Positions 39,134 to 51,049 of a stretch of 64,000 nt of DNA are shown piece by piece. Position 1 is the first letter of the stretch; every line of letters begins with the position of its first letter. The notes beneath the pieces were generated by a model, which had not been told where the DNA came from, ran no database searches, and was given only the letters and a program-made list of their open reading frames with translations. The position numbers and the translations under genes are program-made. The stretch is from Camelus dromedarius (lineage: Eukaryota): the NCBI RefSeq assembly GCF_036321535.1, contig NC_087458.1, positions 5,766,001-5,830,000 on the forward strand. Reading direction: 5' to 3'.

Positions 39134-39286
39134 CGTCAGCATGTGGTTGAGCTCTTTCTGAAGCATCTTCCGGAAGCTGCTCTTGCTGATCTTGTTCTTA
39201 ACCAGGCTGTATTTGGACACGTATTTGTAGAAGTTCTCCACCAGGACGACGACCGCCTTCTCCAGCTCCGTGTAGCTGTCCGCCAT
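39134..39286 (-). CDS. S100A16: S100A16 first coding exon (codons 1-51)
   Basis: MADSYTELEKAVVVLVENFYKYVSKYSLVKNKISKSSFRKMLQKELNHMLT. Donor ACG|GTGGGG; probable acceptor CCCAG| at 39313. Confidence 0.97.
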
Positions 39287-42200
39287 CTCACTGCCTCAGT
39301 CCTCCAAGGGGGCCTGGGTGCCACCGCGACAGAGGGGAGATGAGAAGAGGCCCTGCAGGCCACAGCCCCTCCGGTCTCCCTGCCCTTGTCTTCCTGACTG
39401 CCCCACCCCACCCCACCCCCACCGCCCAGCTCCCCAGGCTTGCTGGTCCTTGAGAGAAGGGAGGGGGAGGGAAAAGTGGACCCAGGGTGGGCGCAGGGGT
39501 GGGCCTGGAATGAGAGCTATGTCTCCTCTCACCCAGGTGCTCCCCAGCTCAACCGCCTCAGCAGGTTTTCCAGGCCCTTCCCCAGCCCCAGGCACTGGGC
39601 TTGTCACAGCTCCAGAGAGAATAGAGGCTCCCATGGGAAGGGGAGGAGGGCAAGCACCCATCCTTCCGCCCTCTCCAAACCTGGCCCATCCAGGGTCCCT
39701 GCCGCGGGAGACAAGCACAGGAGACAAGCACGGCTAGAAACTGCTAGGATGGGCCTCCAGGGCTGGGGAGGGGCAGGAGCCACTGTTTCCCCAACCCAGT
39801 GTTGGCTGAGACCCCGGCCCCAGGCAACAAAACAGGAGGCGGGACTAGGCTGTGCCCAGTCCCTTCAGCCAGGCTCCAGGACAGTGCATCCAGGGTCTCA
39901 GGCCATGAATGCCCTTCTCTGGGAAAGGGCAATCCATCAAGTCTGGCCCCCAGCCACTGCCCGCCAGCCTATCATCCCTCATACCCACCCCAAAATATAC
40001 AGTAGGATACAAGGCCCCCCCACCCCATTACCTAAGGAGGAGCCAGGCCTGGCTCTGCCCAGCTGGAGACAGCTGGAGATGGAGCCTCCTCCGCAGCCAG
40101 CCAGAGGCTACACACGTCACCCCCTCGCCCCAGGACAAAAGGCACTCACATTCCAAGCGGATACAGCCCACTGAATAACAGGATGTGAGGGGAGCGGGCG
40201 GATCTACTCTGTGAGTCACCGCCCATGCCCAGAGCCCCCCCAAGTGAACCCTGGCAAATGAGCCTCCCCTCCCACCCTCAAGCCCAGGAATGAGACGCAG
40301 CGCCTTGCCCATTGGGTCCTGGCAAGAGAAGGTGGACACAGCCACCATCTGGTCCTGGGCATCCCACGGTTCCATTTGGAAGGGAGGGAGGTGGGCTTCA
40401 CTGCGCCCCACCACCGCGCCTGCCCTGCCACCTGCTTTCTAATCCCCCCTTGGCCATCCGCCCCTCCTCCGGCGCCCACTGCCCTGCCCTCTCCACCTGG
40501 CTGAGGCCTGCCCAAACCACGCCTCCCGGGGAAGCCTGCCCTGACCCTTGCCCTCAGCGCCCTCCTCCCCGACTCCCACAGACTCAGGCAGCGTTGGCGG
40601 GGCCCACTCGCTGGTGTGGCTGCAGTCTTTCCCTGGGTCTTGTCTCCCCGGACATCAGACATTCCCTGAAGCAAGGGGAGTGTTTCTTACATGCAGCCAT
40701 TGTGTTTTCTGAACCAAACAGTAGGACTCGGAGATTTGGGGAGGGTTTTTTAAAATCTTGGATATAACACCTCCCTGCGTTTAATCTCCGCATCTCCCCT
40801 CGGCCACGTTGCCTGGAGCAATGCCCTGCTCTAGGTAGGTGTTCTATAAATATTCCACCTCCTTCGGCCCTGCTACAAGGTATCCAGGGCCCTGCATCAT
40901 CCTTCTAAGAGTTTTCTTTTATGACGCTTTTTCTGGAGGAAGGGTGAGACCCAGAAGGACAAAATCAGGATGCAGGAAGGAAAGAGAGTTGAGAGGGAAA
41001 GGGGTCAGGTTAGGGCAACTCTGATCAGGAATCCTCCCCTTCTCTCTCCTGCCGCATCCACCTGGTCTGTTGCCAAAAGAATGAAGTGTGGGACCAGGAC
41101 TGTAGGAAACCGTATTTCTTTTTCCAATACTTTTTTTCTATTGTGTGTAATTGTGTGGTTCAATGTTTATACCCCTGTAAGACTTTTGCACAAATGGTCT
41201 AGCGTTAGCAAATGAAGACAAAAGGGTCTCAATCTGTGAACTGTCTGCCCTGCTGCCCTTGGGTGGGGAGTGGCCTAGGTCTGTGACCAGCACTCCTGGG
41301 GATTCTGAAAGCTATTTCAGCAAGGATGGTGTCAAGCCTATTTCTAACCAGCCTTGGGAGTAGGGAGGAAGTTCAAAGAACCCCAGCACCTTACCCAGCC
41401 CAGACCTCGTACCCTAAGTGAGGAGTCCGTGGGGAAGTCAGGAAAAGGAAAGAGATGGATTTTACGCAGTAGTGTGCCTCTGCCCCTCTCCCTACTGGCC
41501 GCCCACTCCCCTCCCATCATCTTCCCTCTCGGAGTCTTTTTCCTCTGACCAGGGGAGCCTACTCCTGCCCTTTCTTGAGCCCAGGCCTCAGCCTCTACCT
41601 GGCAAGACACAGGTGAGCTTGCAGGAGCCATCTCAGCACCTGCTGTCAGGTACACAGTCACCCCAGAGAGCTGGGCTTCAGCTCCCAGGCCTCCCAATCG
41701 TCCCCACACCACCTTCTTCTAGTCAAATAGGCAACTCTGGAGATAACAATCTGGACAAATGCTTTTCTGAAGCTTTTTCTGAAGGAAGGGTATGGGGGGG
41801 GAGGTCAGGTGTCATTACCCTCTTTCCCCTTCCCTCCCCTGGGGGCTCTGCCACCACACCCATGCCAAGGTCACCTGCTCCTCCAGCCTGCCCAGCCTTC
41901 CCACCAACCTGGCCAGAGGGTCCCCAGGCATGGGGTTGTGGGGAGGGGAGGTAGCTGGCAGTCCCATCAGCCCCTCCCTGGGAAGGGCAGGGCAGGGGGT
42001 AACGCCTGCATTCACTTGGCCACAGGTAGATCCTGGGCTGAGTTAGCGGAGAGATGGATGGTACATTGTAGACTTCCCAAAGTGGCAATGGAGGGACTTG
42101 CCCTCCAGAGGACAGTGGGGCCCCCAACCGTCCCCAAGTGTTCTCACTGTCTTCTCCATGGCTGATTCATCATTGAGCAACCAAGAGGACCCCACCCCCA

Positions 42201-43992
42201 CCCCGCCCACCTCAGCCCAGCTTGCTGAGTTCTCCAAAAGCCCAAATTGCCCTGACACCATGCCCCTGGGTCTCAGCCACTCCAGCCCCGCCCTCCCACC
42301 CCCAGGTTCTGGGCCCCACCCCTCCTAGCTTCGCCCATTCACCCTGCCTCTTCAACTCCCCAGTCCCCTTCAATGTGGAGCCCTGAACGTCCACCACACT
42401 CTCTAAAATTCACCTTCTCTTCCCATCTCCACACACACTCCTTGAGTGTTAAATTGTTCCCAAGTGTTGGGAATGTCCCTGCATTCCTATCACTCCTAGT
42501 CACCTCCCCTCAGGAGCCTAGACCACTCTGAAGCCTAATTGTGCTGTTCTCTGTGTCCCTTCCATCTACCTCGAATTTGTTCACTCATTTATCCACCATT
42601 CACTTGTTTATTCACTCATTCATGGACTCCTTTATTCATTCTCATTCATTCACTCATTCATTTCCTTCTTAATTCACTCACTTGCCCCAACTGCCCGTAG
42701 CACACAGGGAAGGTGCCATCTCCACTGGGCTGGTGAAGCTTTACTCTGTTTGCAAGCCTGGTTCAAATTAATCTCTCCAGCCTCTGCAGCCCCATTCTCT
42801 GTTCCCTCTTCTCATGCTCTTTCCCCAGTTCCAGAGGCTAGCACCTCACCCACGTGTCCCAGTCTTGCCATCCCCACCCTCACAGGACTCACTGCATCTA
42901 ATTCACATTTACACTTACGTACACAATGAGCAAGGAATCCTGCCATTTCTGATTCCCTCTGCTTGGGCGAACCATCTACCCTCCAAACACTCCTGTTTTC
43001 GGAGGATCTCACTGGAAGAAGCAGCCTGTTCCTCCGAAGTTAGGTGCACACACACACACACACACTGCTGCCCCTGGCCCCACCAAAACCCAGAGAGCTC
43101 TTTTCTAGCAGATGGGGAAAGTGAGCCCCACTCCCAGCACCCTAGTGTGCCCTCTCCCAGCACCCCTGCCCTCACCCCCACCCACCTGGACAGGGCCAGG
43201 CAAGGGAAAGCTCTAGAGTGCAGGTGGCTCCCCCAAGCAAAGCAAGTCAAGCCAGGACCTGCCTGGGTCCCGAGGTGGAGGAGAAGCTGCCCACTTTCCA
43301 GACCCTTCTCCTGGAGCTCAGGCTCCAGGGGGCCTCACCCAGGTTCTTCCTGGGTCCCATCATCCCTCCCACACACAGAACAGCTCCCAGAGCACAGTGG
43401 GGTCAGCCTTGGGGACCTGCCCGAGTCATGAGGTGGAGAGACGCCACCTAGGTGCCTGCCTCCTGTCCTCGGGCTCTCAGGCTCCCTGAGCCCTCCCTGG
43501 CTCCTCCGGGACCCCATCACCTCTCCCAGGATACAGCCCCTAGAGCCCAGTGAGACCTGTGTCCAAGGTCTTACCGCTCCTCGACCCCCTCCAACATACA
43601 TCTTTTTCTGTTGGGGAAAATTTGCCCTTTTTCTGTTGGGGAAACTTTTCTTGTTGGGGAAAAGCAGCTGTGGGCAAAAGCTACCAAACACTCTGAACAC
43701 TCTGCCTGGTGGCCCAGCCCCTGGAGAGGAGCCCAGTCAGCTGCTGGGCCAGGGAGGGGGTCTTGCCACCGCCTCCACTCCGCTGAAGGCCTCTCCTGCC
43801 CACCACCTCACCAGAACTCTCCATTCCCCAACTGGCCTTTTGGGAAAGTTAACAATTAACGAAACCTTCCTGCCCAGTCTCTAGTAGGCCCCCCTGCTCA
43901 GGCCCCCTTCACTGCCCTTTCTCCAGGCCTCCCAGGCCAGCAGGGCCCCTCTGGCAGGCCCATGTCTCCCAGGACGGACCTGGGGGGCTCAC

Positions 43993-44100
43993 CTGCCTTC
44001 TGGATCCACCTCCTCTCCCGCAGGGCTCTGGGGCCTGGGCTCTGGCACTGAAGCAGCTCCACACTCAGCCCCGCCAGGGCTCCTCCCCACTGCACTCCCA
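43993..44100 (-). promoter_or_regulatory. S100A16: Probable S100A16 non-coding exon 1
   Basis: Strong donor GCAG|GTGAGC at 43993/43992 in GC-rich sequence about 4.7 kb upstream of exon 2; TSS position not determined. Confidence 0.6.
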
Positions 44101-44899
44101 GAATCTGTCCCACTCCCTCCCGGCCCTGCCTGGCTGAGCTGGCTCGGTGGGAAGGTAGTGACTGAGCTCCCTCTTGTCTTGGCCCCGGGGCTGGGCCCTT
44201 GTTAAAGGGATACACACCTTTTTTTTAACACTCCTCAGCTCCCACCCCAGAGGGAGTGGTGGAAGCTGGCACTCCCCTAACCCCACCCTCCCAGCCCCAC
44301 CAGGCCTGAGCAGAATTTACAACTTCGAGAAAGAAAGGGAAGGACTGTCACCTGCCCTTCTCACCTGGGTCACTGGGGGCCCAGTTTCAGGGGCCCTTAA
44401 CAGACAAGTTCAGTTAGCTTCCCAGGCCTGGCTGGCTGGCCACAGAAACTTCCTCGCTGTTGGGATTTCAGGTGTAATGCCTGATTTCTATGGGCTCAAG
44501 TCAGAAAGGACCAGAGTGTCTCTGTCTTCCACTTCCAGTTGACCCATCCCTAGGACCTCTCCTATGCAGCAGCGGATTCCTCTGGAAACACCCCTCCACC
44601 CTTTCTCCAAGATACCCAAGGGAACTGGCCAGTTTGACATCCCAGAGGCAACAGCTGAAACCAGAGGGGACCCATCCTTTACATGATGTGTCACTGTACT
44701 ATCCTCCTAACAATGCTGCGAGGGAAGGACTATGAATATCTCCACTTTCGAGGTGAGGAATCTGACACTCTGAGAGCACGCCCAAAGTTCCGAAGATAGT
44801 GAGTGCAGAGCTGGGATTCAAACCAGTCAGTCTGTTTCTCAGTCTTACAGTTCCCAAGCTACTAGTCAGCCAGGCTCCAGCACAACTGAGTTCACATCC

Positions 44900-44997
44900 C
44901 TTTTTTTTTTTTTTAATGGAGGTAGTGGGGATTGAACCCACGACCTAGTGCATGCTAAGCACATGCTCTACCACTGAGCTATACCCTCCGGGCACAG
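44900..44997 (-). mobile_element. Camelid tRNA-Ala SINE adjacent to a MIR (about 44690-44860)
   Basis: Reverse SINE head; TSD GTTCACATCC at 44890-44899 and 44998-45007. Confidence 0.88.
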
Positions 44998-45922
44998 GTT
45001 CACATCCTTTTCCATGCTCTCCTCTCCTGTCAGAGGGCCAGGTCACTGGCAAAGAGAAGCCTGTCCCTCAGAGAGGACAGGTCTCCCACCTTTTAGGCCT
45101 GATGCCATTCTCAACCCAAATCCATGGGGGAAAGTGAATCCCCCCTTCACTTCCATTGCCAACCACTGCAGCCCCGCACAGCCCACACCACCCAGTGACT
45201 GCCATTCACCCCAACATCTCTTCACCCATGGACCCTGGGAGGGTGTCCAATCAAGACAACATCTTTCACTTTTTCCATTTTTTTATTAATCAAATGATAC
45301 AAAACAATCATCATTTTTTAAATGCCCAAGCACCCAGCTCGTTCTCTCGCTCCCAAAGTCACCCTCCTCAGCCTCTCCCCCAGCCTGCTCTCTCTCTTTT
45401 CCCCTCCCCAGCCCAGGGACAAGTCCTGGGAGCAGGCTGGGGCAGAAGAAGAGGCAGGGAGGGGTAGCACTGGACAGACAGCTACAGTTTGGGTTGGGAA
45501 AGAGATTAGGAGGGGTAGGTTCTTAGAGACCCTTTTTCATAACAAATATCCAGCCTTATTCCCACCCCCTTCAGATTACTTCACGTAGCCCAGCTCCTCA
45601 CTGCCCTTCCCCCATCACCAAATGATCAGGCCCTTACACCATCCTCAACCCTCCAGCATCCCTCCACATCCATCCCTGGCCCCAACTCGCCCCGGAGCCT
45701 TCCTCTGACAGGGCACTACTGGACCCATTAGCTCCTGGGAGCTCCCAGGGATGAAATGCATAGAGGCCCCTGGCAGGGCCATTATGGACCTGAACCTTGC
45801 AGAGGTGAGGCAGGTGGGGCTTGGGAATAGTGTAGGGGGGTGGGGAGGAGTTTTATTTCCAAGCCCATAGGCTTTAAAGTCCCCTTTCCCCAGCATCCCC
45901 CTCCAATTCCAGGGGAAGCTTT

Positions 45923-46060
45923 TCAACTCCCCCGGACAGGGTTCTCCAGCTTCACACTCTTGGCTGCTTCTCCAATCAGCTCCCAGAAACTCCCGAACTC
46001 CAGTTTAGAGTCATTACAGCTGCCCAAGTTGGCGATTTTCTCTTCCAGCCCACAGTTGCT
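45923..46060 (-). CDS. S100A14: S100A14 last coding exon
   Basis: [45 protein letters not shown]. Acceptor TTCTCTCAG|AGC; AATAAA at 45282-45287. Confidence 0.96.
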   Translation of the reverse strand, partial: SNCGLEEKIANLGSCNDSKLEFGSFWELIGEAAKSVKLENPVRGS

Positions 46061-46280
46061 CTGAGAGAAGGGAAGACACCACAGCTCAGGCAGGAGGACC
46101 TTCCACCCTTCCCACCCAAGACTGCCCAGGAGCAGGGAGCAGGACCTGAGCCTACCTGGCACTGACAAGGGGTAGGGCTGGGGGTTGCCAGTGCCAGGGG
46201 CCCAGGCAGCGTGGGCGGGGTCTTGGAGCACTTGCTTGGGAAGTCAGGGTACTGCCTGGGGTAGGGCCCACTCCCTCAGT

Positions 46281-46420
46281 NNNNNNNNNNNNNNNNNNNN
46301 NNNNNNNNNNNNNNNNNNNNNNNNNNNNNNNNNNNNNNNNNNNNNNNNNNNNNNNNNNNNNNNNNNNNNNNNNNNNNNNNNNNNNNNNNNNNNNNNNNNN
46401 NNNNNNNNNNNNNNNNNNNN
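46281..46420. other. N run (others at 34703-35077, 35367-35505, 35960-36139, 36843-37103)
   Basis: Direct reading. Confidence 0.99.
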
Positions 46421-46429
46421 CTGGGCATC
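46283..46429 (-). CDS. S100A14: S100A14 middle coding exon, almost entirely within an N run (end inferred)
   Basis: Acceptor TTGCCCTCAG|GAT GCC CAG (D-A-Q, the expected exon start) at 46429, then 140 N. The expected 147-nt exon would end at 46283. Confidence 0.8.
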
Positions 46430-46871
46430 CTGAGGGCAAGGGACATCGCCCATGTCAGGGAGGCTCCACCCACCCTATGACACCCTGTTTCCTCAGGAGA
46501 CAGGCAGAGCCAACAGGGCCGAAGACAGCTGGCAGGCACGTGGGCCCCCGCCCACTCCAGAACCCAGCATCCAGCCCCCTTGCCCCCGCTGTCCTCTGCC
46601 CTGAGCCACAGGTTGGGCAAGACTTCCTCCCCGCCACCCGCCAGCACCCAGGCAGGGCAGGTCCCAGCACGTGGCCCAGGCATCCTCCTCCAGGGAGGGC
46701 CCATCTACATCAGCCTGTGTGGGCACCAGAGAGGGGCTTCGGGTCTCACCGGCAGGGTCAGGAGTGCAGGGCAAGGCCTGGGTTAGGGGGCAGAAGTCAA
46801 GGGGGGACACAGACCCTCAGGGTGAAGGAGAGGAGGGTGGGAACAGAAAGGCCAGGAATGAATGGACCCAC

Positions 46872-46901
46872 CTCCGCATTGGCTGACCGACACTGTCCCA
46901 T
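46872..46901 (-). CDS. S100A14: S100A14 first coding exon (MGQCRSANAE)
   Basis: ACC ATG GGA CAG TGT CGG TCA GCC AAT GCG GAG|GTGGGT; exon acceptor GAGCAG|ATC at 46979. Confidence 0.95.
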
Positions 46902-47373
46902 GGTACTTGGTGCACTTGGTCCTGTGTTGAGAGTTTTGTCGTCCTACGGCCTGTCCCAGAGAAGCTGATGGCTCATGATCTGCTCAGAGGAGAGGGGAGG
47001 CTGGGGTGAGGGGAGAACTCAGCATTTCTTTCTCAACTATCCCCTTTGGCTGCACCCCAGATATTTTGTGCTTCACCCAGGGGCTCGGAGCCAACTCCAC
47101 ACAAGCCCTGTCCCTGTCCAGGCTCCAGGAGCTAAGGTCACAGCCCTCAGGCCAACCTGTTTAGAGGGAATTCCTTGGGCCTCACTTAGCTTCATTCCTC
47201 CCATCTCTTCCAACCGGCACCCCAAACCCCAGTCCTGTCCAAACACACACACACCCCAACCTCCAGGACCTGGTCCCCCAGCCCCTCCCCTGGCAGACTA
47301 AGGCGGGACAGGCTCCGCATGCCCTCTGCGCTGGGAGCAGCCCATTTGGGTGACAAGCCCTGGCTCTCCTTAC

Positions 47374-47433
47374 CTGCTGGCAGCTACTGAGACCGGACTG
47401 GAGGAACCAGCTCTCTTGAGCTCAGCTCTTATA
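47374..47433 (-). promoter_or_regulatory. S100A14: S100A14 TATA-like box and non-coding exon 1
   Basis: TATAAG at 47428-47433; donor CAG|GTAAGG at 47374/47373. Confidence 0.75.
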
Positions 47434-48918
47434 CCTGGGGGAAGGGAGGGGAGGCAGGGGGCTGGGCCTCACCCATGAGCCACCCCTGCTATTGCAGCTG
47501 CCTAGGCCGGTGAGCCAGCTCTGTGGGCCCCACCCTCCACTGGTCACAGCTCCGAGAGCCCGCCCCCACCCCTGCCCCATGGAGAAACCCTTGGAGGGCT
47601 GGGCCTGGGATCCCCCTGGCCCCAGACCAGCGAGAAGAGTGGAGGGAAGATGGGGAGAGGAAGCTGGGGAGGGAGAGAGGGAGGACTTGAACACTGTGAC
47701 ATACAGCCTGGGAGGAAAGGCCTGGAGGAATCATAGGGCAGGGAGGTAGGGGGCTCTGAGGGGCTCTGAGTCAGTAATCAGGAAAGAAGGAGAAGCAGAG
47801 GCTGGTCAAGGCAGGTTTTGTGGTCTAGGGGGAGGTGAGGGACACGTGGGTTGAAAGAAGTCCCCAGTGCCCTCTAAGGTACTTTAATGTGTCACACACA
47901 CACACACACTCATACACGCATTCCTCCTCCCCACTCCCTCAGGGCCAATTTGGATAGTGACACTCAAGGCTGCCCAGATCCCACATCCCAGCCTTCCCTA
48001 GTCCTGAGGGCAGAGAGATGAATGAGGACTCAGGTCAGGAGGAAGGAGCCAGAGGAGGGCAGCCTGGTAGAGGGGGACCGATTGAGTGATGTCCTGACTT
48101 CACTCGGCCCCTCAGCCAGTGTGCACACTTGCAAGCCCCAAGCGAGTTATGTGGCAGCTGACAACCTCTCCAGACTGGTTGGGCTGCCTGCCCCTCCCTC
48201 CTTCCCTCAGAATCCCATGCCTTCCCCAACACAGGGACTGAACAGCAACCCCCTCACACACACACACACACACACACACAATCCAGTACCCAGAATGACA
48301 CCCCAGGGAGCCGGTCCAGACTCAGCACAACCTGGTGGCCCACCCCACCTGAGGAGGAGAAAAGGAGAAGGGCAGGGGAGTCTGTGTGGGTCAGGGCAAG
48401 GATGGGGCGGTGCCCAGAGTCAAAATTTCTGGGCTCCTCTCCTAAACTCTGAGATCAGAGCATTCCTCCCAGGGCCCCTCCCCGGGTCTCCTACTGGGGC
48501 TCCTCTGTACTTTTGGCCTCCATCCGAGTGTGTGTCTAATGAAGGGGCCCTTCCCAAAGTATCTTAATCTGAGTTCTTCTGAGGGTCTCTCAATCTGAGG
48601 GTTTCTCCGAGAGTGACTGAGCCTGAAGTCCCTCAAGGTGTCAGTCTGGGGGTCCCTTCTAGGGTCTCTCATGTTGGGGAGCCCCTTTGGAATGTGTCAG
48701 CCAAATGGGCCCTCAGAGTCCCAGCCTGGAGGGCCCTCTGAGGTCTCTCAGTCTGGGGGCACTTAGATGGAAGTTCTCAATCTGGGACCCTTTAATGGTG
48801 TGTGATGGGGAGCTTTTCCCAGCCTAAATGCTCCTCTGGATTAACAGCTGCCTCAGCTGGACACCTGACAGGCAGTGACAGTCCCTGGAAGGCAGCGCCC
48901 GCTGGGCCGCCCCGCCCC

Positions 48919-48935
48919 TGCTCCCTCTGGCGGCA
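48919..48935 (-). promoter_or_regulatory. Candidate CTCF site in a small CpG-rich patch between S100A14 and S100A13
   Basis: TGCCGCCAGAGGGAGCA matches 12/14 of CCASYAGRKGGCRS; motif evidence only. Confidence 0.35.
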
Positions 48936-49770
48936 GGCAATGCAAACCACATGCCCCTCAAGCCAAGAAGGACGGGGAGAGCAGCGCCGAGGGCGCCCCA
49001 AAGTTCTGCTTCCTGCAGCCCCGCGCCACCCTCACCCTACAGTCCTCCACCCGGAACCCTGTAAGTATCCATCTGCTTCCCCCTGGCTACGGAGGGAGAG
49101 AGGGGAGGAGGGTCCAGTCCCCAAGTACCCATCCAGAGAGGATCCAGGTCCATCACGGAGGCTCTGGAATTTCAACCCAGTTCTAACTATTCTTGTCTTT
49201 GTGACTTAACCTCTCTAAAATCTGTTTTCTCATCTTTAATACAGGACTTAAAAATAGTACCTGCCTCAAAGGGCTGTGAGAATTAACTAAGAGAATGCAA
49301 GAAATGTTCAGCACTGCGCCTGGCACAGGGCAAGCCAACTCATGTTCATCACTGTCATTACCAGCCAATGACAAAAACCCCCAGAATAAAAATAGTGGGA
49401 GCCAAGATCAAGCCCCTCAGAACCGGGTGGGATATGAGTCACCTCACCTGCCCCAGAGATCCATCTCTATCTTTCATATATTCATTCATCAACCATTTAT
49501 TTATTGAGCACCTATCCTGGACAAGACCTGATGCTGCAGAATATTCAAAGATGAATACCATTCCTGGTCCTCAAGGGGCTCATAATTTTTGGAATCACCC
49601 TCAGGTCAGAGCAGAGCTTTCCCACCCCTGGTCTCAAGAGAAGAAACTGGTGATGGGGGTGCGGGGAGTGGTGAGTAAGAAACGTGTATTTCAAGGAGGA
49701 AACTTTATTTGGGGGGGAGTAGGGTTCCACAGAGACCTGCCATGCCTGCCTCCATCCCGGCCAGCCCGCT

Positions 49771-49914
49771 TTACTTCTTCCGGATCTCCAGGACCTTCTC
49801 CTTCCTGAGCTCCTTGGCCAGCTCCCCAATCAGTCTCCAGTATTCATTGAACTTGAGCTCTGAGTCCTGATTCACATCCAAGCTCTTCATCTTCTCATCT
49901 AAGGAGCCCACATC
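49771..49914 (-). CDS. S100A13: S100A13 last coding exon
   Basis: Translated by hand: DVGSLDEKMKSLDVNQDSELKFNEYWRLIGELAKELRKEKVLEIRKK*. Acceptor GTCTCCTTAG|GAT; AATAAA at 49704-49709. Confidence 0.96.
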   Translation of the reverse strand, partial: DVGSLDEKMKSLDVNQDSELKFNEYWRLIGELAKELRKEKVLEIRKK

Positions 49915-50497
49915 CTAAGGAGACACCACAGGGAAGAGTCGGGTTAGAAATGAGGGCTCTTGAGACATGGAGAGAGGGGAGAATTGCCAATCACCATTAC
50001 CTTCAGGCCCTGCCCCGCACCTTCAGGACGAAGCTGCAGCCCCAAGACAGTGCTGCCAAGGTGCCCAACTCCAAGGGGAAGCAGAAAAGGGAGGTAGGGA
50101 ACCTGGTTACAGTGTTGGCTGTGGTCTAAAAACTCCCACCATGGAGGATTATGAACCACAAGCATGATGTCACTGAGTGCAGAGCAGGGAACCGATGCAC
50201 ACAATGGGTCCTCACCTGCAGGTACGGCGGGCTGCAGCATACCACTGCACCCAAGGAGCCCTTGCAGGCATGGAGCAACCCACTCTCACCACCCTCAGAG
50301 CCTCCTCCTTCACAGAAAGCTGGAGAAGTTCACAGCACTTGGCTGCCCATTTGCATAACCTACTGTCTTCTCACTTTTCCAGTTGGGTCACTAGCCTGGT
50401 AGATTGGGGGAATGGCAAGGACACGCAGTATCTGGTTTTCTAAGGGGCCCTTGACAAAGTGTCTCTTGGCAGACCTCAGAAATCAAAGGATATTCTA

Positions 50498-50630
50498 GAG
50501 GGGAGGGTATAGCTCAGCAGGTAGAGTGCTATACCTAGCATGCACGAGGTCCTGGGTTCAATCCCCAGTACTTCCATTAAATAAATAAACCTAATTACCT
50601 CCCTGTCAAAAAACAAAACAAAACAAAAAC
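50498..50630 (+). mobile_element. Camelid tRNA-Ala SINE with 14-bp TSD
   Basis: Near-consensus head; TSD CAAAGGATATTCTA at 50484-50497 and 50631-50644. Confidence 0.93.
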
Positions 50631-51049
50631 CAAAGGATATTCTAAGCTGGACCATCATGATCAAAGGATGTATTGCCAAATAAACAACCACAACCAAAAA
50701 GTTGACTGCTGAACAATGGATCGATGTCAAACCAGACAAGGGTGCCTCAGGCAGAGTGTGGTGCTCAACATTTGAATAAACATCTGGATGAAGCAGAGAA
50801 GACTTGCCAAATCTAAAGGTGGCACAAAACTACTTCATAGAAATGCTGAACAAGGCTTTTGTTAAAGCCACAATCATGCTTAATTATAAAATACCATAAG
50901 CATTGACAGTGGAAGGCAAAAGTGACCCGTTAACACTATGTCGGGAGGGAGGGGAAAACATAAGTTAGTCAAAAGGAGGAAATAAAAGGCATAAGTGTTA
51001 GTAAAGAAAAATCAAGTTCACCTCTTATTACATTAGCAATTATATAACT

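Noticed and set aside
39440-40174. 244-aa ORF antisense in S100A16 intron 1
   Set aside because: GC-rich stop-poor DNA with overlapping ORFs in several frames and no domain.
48560-48790. CRISPR-like or prokaryotic system
   Set aside because: The window is mammalian, and the repeats are degenerate tandem units without unique spacers or cas genes.
50498-50580. tRNA-Ala-like sequences (about 10 copies) as tRNA genes
   Set aside because: They have A-rich tails, TSDs, a shared non-tRNA tail motif and broken stems; they are SINEs.
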